DNA of 64,000 nt from an uncultured delta proteobacterium (GTDB lineage Bacteria > Myxococcota > B64-G9), in the NCBI GenBank assembly GCA_963754925.1, contig CAVWHX010000001.1:64001-128000 (forward strand). Reading direction: 5' to 3'. The position numbers were made by a program, and so were the translations under genes. The notes below the pieces were generated by a model. It saw only the letters and a program-made list of their open reading frames with translations, was not told where the DNA came from and did not search any database. Below are positions 42,457 through 52,031 of the stretch, piece by piece. The number at the start of each line of letters is the position of its first letter. Position 1 is the stretch's first letter.

Positions 42457-43820
42457 CGTCGGCCCATGCGTGGCTGGTAGTGCCTTGGCGCGAGCTTGAG
42501 CGCTGGGACTACCTATCGAACTTCCAGCGCCACCGCATGAAATGCGCCTATCCGCTTGCGACCACGGGCGACGTGATGACGATTCGACGACAGTTGGCTA
42601 CGGAGCAAGAGTTTTCGTCCGGGGCTGTACGCATGTTAGACCGCGTGAGTTTTGACGGCGAGATCTTCGCAGGCGAACGCCAGAAAACGAAGATGGACCA
42701 ATGGATTGCCGAGCCGGGTGATATTGTGGTCTCCAAGATTCGCGCCCGCCAAGGTTCAATTGGTCTGGTGGAGCCGGGCCAAGGCAAGGTAAGTGTCACA
42801 ATCCATTATCGTGTGCTAACGCCGAACTCAAAGAGAATTGACGCCAAGTATGCGCATTTGGCGATGCGCTCCACTTTCGGCAAGGTGCAATTCCTGGCGG
42901 CAACAGGCGGGGCGATGAAGGGCGAAATAAGCGAAGATGCTTTGCTCAAGATTCAGATACCCCTTCCCTCGCTTCCAGTGCAAAAGAAGATCGTGACAGC
43001 GTGGGAAGCGGCGCAGACGGTAGCGGTGTCAACGGCCGCGAAAATCGAACAGCTCGAACGCGACATCGAAGCCCGCTTTCTGACCGACTTGGGCATCGAG
43101 AATCGCCTATTCTCGCGTCGCCCCAAGTGTTTCACGATGCCATGGCATCTTGCGGAGAGATGGAGCGTCGAATTCCTAACACGCAAAGCACTCGGTTTGA
43201 GTGAAGCAAATAAAGGAAAGTATTACACCAAGCCTTTATCGTTGTTGGCAAAAGGCGTGAGCGGTAGCACGCCCTCAAAAGGGGATTCGCATTTTTGGGG
43301 CGGAAGTGTCCCTTGGGTTTCGCCTAAGGACATGAAGACTGACATTATCATTGACAGCATGGATTACATTACCGAAGAGGCTATTCAAAAGAGGATGGCA
43401 CCTCTTGTTCCTGCCAATTCTATTTTGGTAGTGATGCGTAGCGGCATTCTGCAAAGAACGGTCCCTGTGGCTCTCGCTGACCTGCCAGTTTCCATCAATC
43501 AGGACATGCGTGCCTTTGTCGTGAAAGACAGGGCTGTTTTACTTCCCTCTTTTCTTGCTACCTATCTACAATGCCGACAGGCTGATCTGCTTAAGCTCGT
43601 GAAGTGGAGTACAACCGTCCAGAGTATCAACTCAGAGGAGTTGGAGGCATTCCCCATCCCTTTGCCTACTTTACCGACCCAGCAACAAATAGTAGAGAAG
43701 GTAGCCAAACGGCGGGAAGAAATCGCCAAACTGAAAGCTGAGGCTAAAGGCCGCGCCGACGCGGCCAAAGAAGACATGGAAGCTATGATCCTGGGCACGA
43801 AGAAAGTGGGGGCACCATGA
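42453..43820 (+). CDS. hsdS: Restriction-modification specificity subunit S
   Basis: Two TRDs each ending IPLP.LP.Q..IV; GSTPSK..FWGG.VPWVSPKDM; ATGA overlap. Confidence 0.88.
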   Translation: MTSAHAWLVVPWRELERWDYLSNFQRHRMKCAYPLATTGDVMTIRRQLATEQEFSSGAVRMLDRVSFDGEIFAGERQKTKMDQWIAEPGDIVVSKIRARQGSIGLVEPGQGKVSVTIHYRVLTPNSKRIDAKYAHLAMRSTFGKVQFLAATGGAMKGEISEDALLKIQIPLPSLPVQKKIVTAWEAAQTVAVSTAAKIEQLERDIEARFLTDLGIENRLFSRRPKCFTMPWHLAERWSVEFLTRKALGLSEANKGKYYTKPLSLLAKGVSGSTPSKGDSHFWGGSVPWVSPKDMKTDIIIDSMDYITEEAIQKRMAPLVPANSILVVMRSGILQRTVPVALADLPVSINQDMRAFVVKDRAVLLPSFLATYLQCRQADLLKLVKWSTTVQSINSEELEAFPIPLPTLPTQQQIVEKVAKRREEIAKLKAEAKGRADAAKEDMEAMILGTKKVGAP

Positions 43821-45361
43821 GTCGCGGGAGACAGCAGATCTCGTTCGAAGGTCTGCTTCAGGAAAATGTTCTTGGGATATTCAAGATCATTCGAGGTTTT
43901 GCCGACCTGCGTGATCTCGCAGACGTTTCCGTCGCGATGAAATACCAAGGGGACAAGGACAGCCAGGGTACCGGATATCAACGGCAACTGGACGAGCAGC
44001 ATGTCGAGGATATAAAGCGATTCTTGAGCAAGGGCCGCTATCGTTTCTTCCCCGAGATCGTCCTAAGTCTAAGAAGCAGGGGTTCGGCTGATCCCGTAGT
44101 GCCGTACGCCAAGAGGAGGGCATCTCGGCAGGACAGGGCGTACTGGGTCACCGTGAAGCTCAAGGAGCTTCGCAAAGACGGGTTCACCCGGATTCACCGG
44201 ATTGATGGCAATCACCGTTTAGAGGCTGCCAAGCGCCTTTTTGAAGAACAGAAAACGTCTGCTTCCTTCAGGGACTTCAGCAAAGCTCCCTTTTGCTTCG
44301 TGGTCCTGGACTCAGACCGGCCGGAAGATGACGAACTGGCTGAAGCCATGCTCTTCAACCTGATCAATAGCAAGGCTCTGCCTATCGCTTCGGAACACAG
44401 CCTTTCGGTCCTCATGCGTGATGACGGGGGTTCTGCCGAACGGTTTGTTGAGGACCCTCAAGTTTACCTGACCCGCTGGATACATGGAAAAGTGAAGGAC
44501 TGGCCGCAGGGGTTTTACTCCGCAATGGGGGATACCCCCCTCACACGGCTCCATTCAGCTGCCGAAGTAATGCTCCGGCCCGGTGGTATCTCGAAGACAA
44601 GCCAACAGGATATGGAGACCGAAGCGAAGCAAATCTTTGGCCCATTGTGCGAACTCGCCGTGAAACTGCGTGATCAACACCAACGGTTCGTGTACTCATA
44701 TGCATTTCTACCAATCGCTGCGGAGGTTTATACTCGTCACTCGAAGGTGGACCCTGGCAAGGGTGCAAACACTGAGGTCGAACGTCTCCGTCGCACTGAA
44801 AGCTGGTTGCGCGACTTTGCGTACTGGTTCGATCGTGTCGGCGGCGCAGATATGCCCAGACCGGCTGATCCATCCTTCCTCTGGACCATCTTCAAGCGAG
44901 ATTTCGATAAAAAGGCCGGCCAGGTCTTCATCGTCATGTCTTTCCGAGAGAATAGAACACTCGATAGTGTGCACAAAGCCATAGGAGAGGCCATCGACAA
45001 GTTCAATACCGATCACCCGAACACCCAGCTGTCACCGATCCGCATAGACAAGCAGGAGGGTGACAGCTACGAAATTCCCGCACGGGTCTTCCATGAAATC
45101 GACCAAAGCCGCTTGGTAATCGCTGACCTGACCGACGAGAAGCAAAACGTGTACTGCGAAATCGGCTACGCTAAAGCCAAAGGCATTCCATTCTTCCTGA
45201 CGTTCCATAAAAAGGCTGGAAAAACGCCAGCAGGTCAAAAGTCCGACCCACCAAACAAAGTCCACTTTGATTTGGCGCCGTACCGATACATCGAGTATGA
45301 CAACCCTATTGAACTTAGGGACAACCTCAAGAAGGAACTTGATGCGTGGTACAACCGTTAG
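43817..45361 (+). CDS. DGQHR (DndB-like) domain protein fused to a C-terminal nucleoside 2-deoxyribosyltransferase-like domain
   Basis: YQRQLD, FFPEIVLS, RIDGNHR, FNLINSK; C-terminal VFIVMSF..VIADLT..QNVYCEIGYA..FDL. Confidence 0.75.
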   Translation: MSRGRQQISFEGLLQENVLGIFKIIRGFADLRDLADVSVAMKYQGDKDSQGTGYQRQLDEQHVEDIKRFLSKGRYRFFPEIVLSLRSRGSADPVVPYAKRRASRQDRAYWVTVKLKELRKDGFTRIHRIDGNHRLEAAKRLFEEQKTSASFRDFSKAPFCFVVLDSDRPEDDELAEAMLFNLINSKALPIASEHSLSVLMRDDGGSAERFVEDPQVYLTRWIHGKVKDWPQGFYSAMGDTPLTRLHSAAEVMLRPGGISKTSQQDMETEAKQIFGPLCELAVKLRDQHQRFVYSYAFLPIAAEVYTRHSKVDPGKGANTEVERLRRTESWLRDFAYWFDRVGGADMPRPADPSFLWTIFKRDFDKKAGQVFIVMSFRENRTLDSVHKAIGEAIDKFNTDHPNTQLSPIRIDKQEGDSYEIPARVFHEIDQSRLVIADLTDEKQNVYCEIGYAKAKGIPFFLTFHKKAGKTPAGQKSDPPNKVHFDLAPYRYIEYDNPIELRDNLKKELDAWYNR

Positions 45362-45515
45362 GTTCAGAGCGAGACGGTAGTGAACATTGCTACAACAACT
45401 ACCTGTATTCGACATTTGGATAACAATCACCGGCACAGTTTAAGCAGGAGCAATTTCGCGACAAAACTCTCTCACAAAAAGCTTGCTAAATTGGGGCAAT
45501 ATTAGGTTCCCATGC

Positions 45516-46727
45516 TCAAGTCTCCCCATCCACATCTTTCCGCTTTCTCAGCTTCACAAAAACCTGCTTCTCTTCTTTTTGAAATCCTTTGATCGTTTTC
45601 ACCAGCTCCTTCGGCCACTGTGCTTCTTCAACCTTCTCCTCTAGATTATGCATGCTGAGATCTGAAACTTCTTCCCACTTGCCAGCCTTCTTAATGAATT
45701 GTTCAAGATCTTCTCGCCGTTCGTCATTTTTTGGCGGAAATTTGTAGCTGGTTTTTCTCCAGATGGTCGCTTCTTTGTCACTACCGACAATGACCTCGAC
45801 CTGGTGTTGGTCAGCATAGGCGATGAGCGCCTGTTCTAGTTCTTCCATTTCCGACCTGATCTCGTCAGAAAGCTTTTTCTTCTTTTCCGATAGCTCTGCT
45901 AGTCGGTTGACCAGCTTCACGCCGGGCTCTTTGAGAAATCGGTTGACTGGGAGGGAATCAACTTTCAAACGATGACCTTTGGCCGGACAAATATCAACAT
46001 AGCTGCACCAGTCGCAAAGTTTGCTTTCGTTGCTCCGGAATTCCTCGGTAGATTCGATTTTCTGAATCAGCCGAAGCGTTTCTTGGCGCAAGGCATCACG
46101 TTCGGCATCGGAGCGCACCGATTCAAGACGGGTGTCTGACTGCAGGTAATGCCAAACCAGCTTCACTTCTTTGGCATTGGGGAACTCATGACGCACTGCC
46201 AGTTCGTACAGGCCAAGCTGCCGGTCGGCATCGGCTTTAGCTTGGGTAGGTAAATATTTGCCGGTCTTATAATCGTGGATCTCAAAAACATGATCCTCCA
46301 GGCGCATGAGGCGATCGATGTAGCCGGTGATGTGGTGTTCGTCATCCAAAGGCAAGGATATGGGCTTTTCCAACCCCAGGATGATGCCCTGGTCAAACGG
46401 GTGGTGGCGCTTATAGAACTGCTGGATACAAATTCGGCCGATTTCCTTGTAGTTGTCCGGCGACAAGTCCGGATTCAGGATCTGGATGTCGTCATGCCAC
46501 TGCGTGCGCCAGCGATTGGAATAATCATCAAGGGTTTCTTCGAGTGTCAGGATCTTGCACGAGCGTACCAATTTGTAAAGCCGCTCCAGGGTTTCGTGAA
46601 CAAGGGTACCGACGAACGACTCGATCCCCGTGACCTCTTTGACTTTGATCTTGTCAATGTACTGGAGCTTATAACGATACGGACATGTTTCGAAGACACT
46701 GAGCTTGGAATGTGAATATCTCTTCAT
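45516..46727 (-). CDS. PD-(D/E)XK nuclease, Cas4/AddB-like, with Fe-S cysteines and C-terminal coiled extension
   Basis: SHSKL..FETCP, GTLVH, GYIDRL, HDYKTG, QLGLY, CDWCSYVDIC. Confidence 0.85.
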   Translation of the reverse strand: MKRYSHSKLSVFETCPYRYKLQYIDKIKVKEVTGIESFVGTLVHETLERLYKLVRSCKILTLEETLDDYSNRWRTQWHDDIQILNPDLSPDNYKEIGRICIQQFYKRHHPFDQGIILGLEKPISLPLDDEHHITGYIDRLMRLEDHVFEIHDYKTGKYLPTQAKADADRQLGLYELAVRHEFPNAKEVKLVWHYLQSDTRLESVRSDAERDALRQETLRLIQKIESTEEFRSNESKLCDWCSYVDICPAKGHRLKVDSLPVNRFLKEPGVKLVNRLAELSEKKKKLSDEIRSEMEELEQALIAYADQHQVEVIVGSDKEATIWRKTSYKFPPKNDERREDLEQFIKKAGKWEEVSDLSMHNLEEKVEEAQWPKELVKTIKGFQKEEKQVFVKLRKRKDVDGET

Positions 46728-46915
46728 TTTCCTTCTGTGTGCCATTGAGGAGATGGTATCGTGAATGGTATCGACGATTCCAGGCATTTCTTGGGTAGGG
46801 GCAGGTTTGAAGGCGCCCGTTAGCGAGCTTGCTCGCTTACGGGCGCCTGTGCCCATATAACGACAATCCGAACCATGTCGACGATGTGAGGGCGGGTTTC
46901 AAACCCGCCCCTACC

Positions 46916-46988
46916 TATTAATCTTTCGCCCCAAACCCGATTCGCCGTTTTTTCGATTCCGGCTCCGCCATGAGTTGCCGGATTGCAA
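46916..46988 (-). pseudogene. Duplicated 3' end of the ORF6N gene
   Basis: Matches 47471-47543 (AIRQLMAEP..KKRRIGFGAKD*). Confidence 0.75.
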
Positions 46989-47132
46989 TGTTGAGGAATA
47001 ACCTACAGCCTGTATAACTCACTATTATGCAAAGACTATTTTTGTGGCTCACTTATTAGCATCAAAAACATTTGTCGCTCACTTCTGACACAAAAGTGAG
47101 CGACAAGACAAGTTGTCGCTCATCCATGCAAC

Positions 47133-47410
47133 TCAAAACATTTTTCGACCCTCGGTAATATTTACCAACTCCCCAAAACAGAGCATTGCCGGTTGGCGTC
47201 CCGCCGATTTCTTTATAACTCTTAGTATTCCATTTTTTCTGAGTACATCTAGGATTCGTCTGGCTGTTGGTTCTGGAATCTCTTTGTTGACAGTAAAATC
47301 TGTAGCTAAAAACAAGGGCCGTCGGAAAATAAGATCCACTGCATGGATGGCATATTGTGATCGTGTCAACTTGGCTATTTCACCCTTGTTCTTCTCGTAT
47401 AGATTTAGGA
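47133..47410 (-). pseudogene. C-terminal fragment of a probable Fic-family gene
   Basis: TRSQYAIHAVDLIFRRP..IPEPTARRIL..GRQPA..F.ELVNITEG; no N-terminal part; gtcgctcac repeats downstream. Confidence 0.55.
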
Positions 47411-47470
47411 TTCACGCCCTTACAACGGCAATCCGAATGTTTTTCCCAATGATTTGCGAATCGGCCCTGG

Positions 47471-48055
47471 CTATTCGTCTTTCGCCCCAAACCCGATTCG
47501 CCTTTTCTTCGTCTCCGGCTCCGCCATCAGTTGCCGGATGGCATCGAAGATATCTTCGATGCTCTGGTCATGGCCTGAGACCTTATGTTCCAACTCGGCG
47601 AGCTTAACTGCCAGGCCTTTGTGGTGCGACATCATCTCGCGCAGCCGCACGAAGGCACGCATGATCTCGATATTCACCTGTACTGCTCTTGGGCTGCGCA
47701 GCACGCTCGACAGCATGGCTACACCCTGCTCGGTAAAGGCGTAGGGCAGGTGCTTGATGTTCTTACCTTGTTTCAAGATCACAGATTGTGATCTTGAATT
47801 ATCAATTATTCCGGTATGTTCGGCGTTCAAGATCACAGATTGTGATCTTGAATGTTGAGCTTCCTTGACGGTGAGCCGAAACATGAAGTCTTCAGGGAAC
47901 CGCTCAGTGTTCCGCTTGACAGCCTGGACCAGAGCGCGTGTCTCTACCCCGTACAATAAGGCCAGATCTGCATCGATAATGACCTTGTGGCCTCGAATCA
48001 ACAAAATGGACAGCTCGATCCTTTCTGCTGGAACCAAGGCAGTGCTATCGTTCAT
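47471..48055 (-). CDS. ORF6N domain DNA-binding protein
   Basis: IRGHKVIIDADLA.LYGVETRALVQAVKRN.ERFPEDFMF, PYAFTEQGVAMLSSVLRS. Confidence 0.92.
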   Translation of the reverse strand: MNDSTALVPAERIELSILLIRGHKVIIDADLALLYGVETRALVQAVKRNTERFPEDFMFRLTVKEAQHSRSQSVILNAEHTGIIDNSRSQSVILKQGKNIKHLPYAFTEQGVAMLSSVLRSPRAVQVNIEIMRAFVRLREMMSHHKGLAVKLAELEHKVSGHDQSIEDIFDAIRQLMAEPETKKRRIGFGAKDE

Positions 48056-48494
48056 CTTATGCTCCCCATTTATTGTTGTTTGATGTCGCAAATTGCGACT
48101 TCAAGATTTGAAGTTCCATTTTGGCACTTCAAAGATCTTTACTTGGGTTCTCAGTGAAACAGGTTCAAACTCACCAACAAGTGTTCGATAACCTGCCCAA
48201 AGGAATTTTTCGAATCATACTATGCAAGTGTGACAGGTCAACGGAATTTCCGATTCTTAGAGATTGTAGCAAGCGAAGCGTTGCGTATATGAGATTGTTG
48301 ACGAACGAAGTGAGGATTACAAGCTCATATCCTCAGGACAATCTCTTATCCTTTAGGGTTAGGTGCTGATTTTGCTGGTAGGGGCGCAGGCGCCCGTAAA
48401 GCTCGCTACGCTCGCTAACGGGCGCCTGATGAATCACCCCTACAACGACAATCCGAACGTTTTCCCCAATGATTCGCAAACCGCCCGTGCCCCA

Positions 48495-49085
48495 TTACAC
48501 CCATTCATCTAACGAATCCTGTTCAACCGCATCAGGATTTTCCCGATCAAACGCCCAGCGCAGGGGGTTGTCGGTAATGTATTGCCGAATGGTATACAGG
48601 GAATTGTCGTCCCTGATGATGTGTTCGTGGTAATTGCGTTGCCACAGGGAACGTCCTGTTCGCCCTAGGACGCGGTTTGCCGCAATTGCCGAAATCGATT
48701 TGAATGCACGTATCGCATCGCCTAATGTAGGGGCGCTGCTTGCTGCGCCCTTATTATGCGTCGATTTCGTGCGCACGGGCGGGAATGAGGGCAGGGCAAG
48801 CCCTGCCCCTACCACCCCCATAACGACGATTATGCCGTGAAAATGATTTGGCATGACGACGGATTCGTCCACCGTTATAGATGAAAAACGTTGTGGCAAT
48901 GCGGCCCATGTGTGCGCAATGATCTGGCCCGCATCGTTCAACCGCATTTCCCCATCAACCACGTTGCCGAACAGGCATTCGCGACCCCGCGTACAGACGG
49001 TGACGAAATACGCCCCGGCCTGGGCGTAATTGTAACCGCGCAGGCGGATCGATCGACGGTGGCGTTTATCAGGATTGTATTTCAT
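48495..49085 (-). mobile_element. REP-associated tyrosine transposase (RAYT)
   Basis: RRSIRL.GY.Y, YFVTVCT, MPNHFHGI (HUH), WQRNYHEHIIR, YI.DNP; REPs on both sides. Confidence 0.92.
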
Positions 49086-49108
49086 TTGGCACTACAATAC
49101 GACGAGAG

Positions 49109-49217
49109 GGGGCAGGTTTGAAACCCGCCCCTACAATGACGATTCGAACCATGTCGACGATAGAAGGGCAGGTTTGAAACCCGCCCCTACAATGACGATT
49201 CGAACCATGTCGACGAA
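49109..49217. repeat. Tandem pair of ~56-bp REP-plus-spacer units
   Basis: gggcaggtttgaaacccgcccctacaatgacgattcgaaccatgtcgacga twice. Confidence 0.85.
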
Positions 49218-49314
49218 TCACGGTGATCCGCATAATTTCGACGACAGAATAGATCTATTGATCAATTGCCGCATTTACCTTACTGTAATTGTTTGAGGTG
49301 AGAGCTTTCATATT

Positions 49315-50738
49315 ATGTACAGCACCGCGAAGCGACTCGGCGAAGAAAATATAAACAAGCTGTTGTTTAGATTCTCATTACCCGCAATTATCGGGGCGTT
49401 GGTTAATTCGTTTTATGCCTTGATTGACCGCGTATTCGTTGGACAGTTTGTCGGAAAAGAAGCCTTCGCCGGCGTGGGTATTACGTTCCCCATCGCGCTT
49501 GTTTTGATGGCTTTCGGCATGCTTATCGGCATCGGAACGACTGCTCGGGTATCCATTAACCTCGGTAAGCAGAAAAAAAATGAGGCCGAACAGATACTCG
49601 GCAACGCCTTTAGTCTCCAGTTGATTTTCTCGTTTGTGTTGACCTCCGTCTGCCTTTTCTTTTTAGACGACCTCCTGTATCTCTTCGGCGCGAGTGCAGA
49701 GATTTTGCCGTATGCCAAACAGTTTATCAGCATCATTCTTCTGGCCGCGGTTTTCCAATTTGTGGGATTCGGGCTTAACGGCGTCATAGCCGCTGAAGGC
49801 AATCCGCGTCTTTCCATGCTTACCATGATATTAAACGCCGGTATCAACATAGCGCTCTTAATTCTGTTTATAAAAGTGCTCAAATGGGGGGTTGCCGGTT
49901 CCGCTTTGGCTACGCTTATTGCGCAGGGAGTATCCGCACTATGGGTAGTGAGTTTTTTGCGCAGCAAAAAAAGTATGTTGAAGCTGCGCCTAAAAAACAT
50001 GGCGTTAAAAAAGAAATTATCGTGGGGATATTTTCCATCGGCATGTCGCCGTTTGCCATGCAGATTGCGGGCGGTCTGGTTATGGCGGTACTGAACAGAA
50101 GACTTGTGCAATACGGAGGCGATGCGGCAATAGGGGCAATGAACGCCATGTTCGGCACCACCATATTTATGGTAATGCCTCTCATCGGCATAAGTCAGGG
50201 CGCGCAGCCGATTATCGGATACAATTACGGAGCGCGGTTATACCAACGGGTAAAAAAAACATACACGGCAGCGATAGTTGTTGCGACGATTCATGCCGTT
50301 ACGGTATTTGTTCTGATGCAATCAATCCCGCATTTTTTTATTCAGATGTTCACCAGTGACCCTGAGATTGTGGCCATAGGAACCCACGGCATAAGAATCT
50401 ATACGTTGATGTTGCCGGTAATAGGATTCCAGATTGTTAGCTCACATTTCTTTTTGGCTATAGGCAAAGCCGTAAAATCCTTGCTGATGAATATGCTTCG
50501 TCAGGTTATTATTCTTATTCCCATGCTTATTATATTACCGCCGTTTTTTAATCTGGACGGCATTTGGGTGTCGGTACCTATTTCAGACCTCACCGCGGCG
50601 ATCCTCACCGCAATCTTTGTGATAATCGAAATAAGAAGACTGGACGAAGCTCACGCGATTTGTTTGCAACAGGAACTACCAGACCTTGCCTGCGCCGAAA
50701 ATCTTCCGGAAGCGGAAGCCTCTGAATTTGTACCGTAG
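49315..50738 (+). CDS. MATE efflux transporter (MepA-like), -1 frameshift in A6 run at 50007-50012
   Basis: FSLPAIIG..DRVFVG, GVAGSALAT; adding one A joins KNMALK-KEIIVGIFSIG; GAQPIIGYNYGA. Confidence 0.87.
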
Positions 50739-50741
50739 CTG

Positions 50742-50918
50742 GTAGGGGCGCTGCTTGCTGCGCCCTGATTAGGCACCGATGAGGGCAGGGCAAGCCCTGC
50801 CCCTACTGGATTCCCGCCTACGCGGGAATGACTAATATGGCGTTTTCGTCATCCCCGCGAAAGCGGGGATCCAGAATGCGCCGGCGCTGTAATAAGGGCA
50901 GGGCAAGCCCTGCCCCTA
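50742..50918. repeat. REP/REPIN cluster (gtaggggcgctgcttgc...gggcagggcaagccctgcccctac)
   Basis: Same family at 48727-48812, 51958-52031, 62178-62204 and 62696-62798. Confidence 0.85.
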
Positions 50919-51039
50919 CAAGAATGATCCGAATGGGTAGCGGGATTGATGAAATTTATGTTTGCATCGAGGTTGGGGTGGCAGGTTAGAATACGTCATT
51001 GTGGTGATGCCGGTCGGCTAGAACACGTGGAGGCATGTT

Positions 51040-51948
51040 ATGCTGGTGCTGCGTACGCCCGATGAACGGTTTCGAGACCTGCCCGGATTCTCCTACGCTC
51101 CGCACTACCTTGATGTGCCGGATGGAGAAGGCGGCAGCCTGAGGGTCCACTACCTCGATGAAGGCCCCCGTAACGGCGCGCCCGTGCTCCTCATGCACGG
51201 GGAGCCCTCGTGGTCCTACCTCTACCGGAAGATGATCCCGGTCATCGCCGCCGCCGGATACCGGGCGCTGGCGCCCGACCTGGTGGGATTCGGTCGTTCG
51301 GATAAGCCTGCCCGGCGGACGGACTACACCTACCAGCGCCACGTGGACTGGATGCAATCGTTCGTCGATCGGGCCGGCCTCTCCGGCATCACGCTGGTGT
51401 GCCAGGATTGGGGCGGCCTGATCGGGCTGCGCCTGGTGGCGAACACGCCCGGGCGGTTCAGCCGGGTGGTGACCGCCAACACGGGGCTACCCACGGGAGA
51501 CCAGGCCATGCCCGAGGCCTTTTTCGCGTGGCGTTCGTTCTCACAGGAAAGCCCGGTGTTCTCAGTGGGCGCCATCGTGCAGGCCGGATGCGCAAAGCCC
51601 TTGGAGCCCGGGGTGGCCGCGGCCTATGACGCCCCCTTCCCGGACGAGACCTACAAGGAGGGGGCCCGTATTTTTCCGTCCCTGGTCCCCGCGGCGCCGG
51701 ACGACCCTGCCGCGCCCGCCAACCGCACGGCGTGGGAGGCGCTCAAGGCATTTGACCAGCCCTTCCTCACCGCTTTCAGTGATGGCGACCCCATCACCAA
51801 GGGAGGGGAAAGGGTCTTCCAGAAATTGGTCAAGGGGGCCCAGGGACAGCCGCACACCGTGATCAAGGGCGGGGGTCACTTCCTGCAGGAGGACTGCGGT
51901 GAGGAATTCGGACGGGTAGTGGTGAATTTCATGGGTACAGCGCGCTGA
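51040..51948 (+). CDS. Haloalkane dehalogenase (alpha/beta hydrolase)
   Basis: LRTPDERF, HGEPSWSYLYRKM, CQDWGG, GHFLQED. Confidence 0.92.
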   Translation: MLVLRTPDERFRDLPGFSYAPHYLDVPDGEGGSLRVHYLDEGPRNGAPVLLMHGEPSWSYLYRKMIPVIAAAGYRALAPDLVGFGRSDKPARRTDYTYQRHVDWMQSFVDRAGLSGITLVCQDWGGLIGLRLVANTPGRFSRVVTANTGLPTGDQAMPEAFFAWRSFSQESPVFSVGAIVQAGCAKPLEPGVAAAYDAPFPDETYKEGARIFPSLVPAAPDDPAAPANRTAWEALKAFDQPFLTAFSDGDPITKGGERVFQKLVKGAQGQPHTVIKGGGHFLQEDCGEEFGRVVVNFMGTAR

Positions 51949-52031
51949 TAGGCGTCGATAGGGCAGGGCAAGCCCTGCCCCTACCGCGACGATTCGAATA
52001 TTTTTCACCATGATTCGCGAACCGCCCCTAC

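Noticed and set aside
43817..45361. Dnd phosphorothioation system
   Set aside because: Only a DGQHR-like domain is present; no dndACDE.
45516..46727. cas4 of a CRISPR-Cas locus
   Set aside because: No cas1, cas2 or array nearby.
49109..49217. Possible CRISPR array
   Set aside because: Only two units with identical spacers; they are REP copies beside RAYT; no cas operon.
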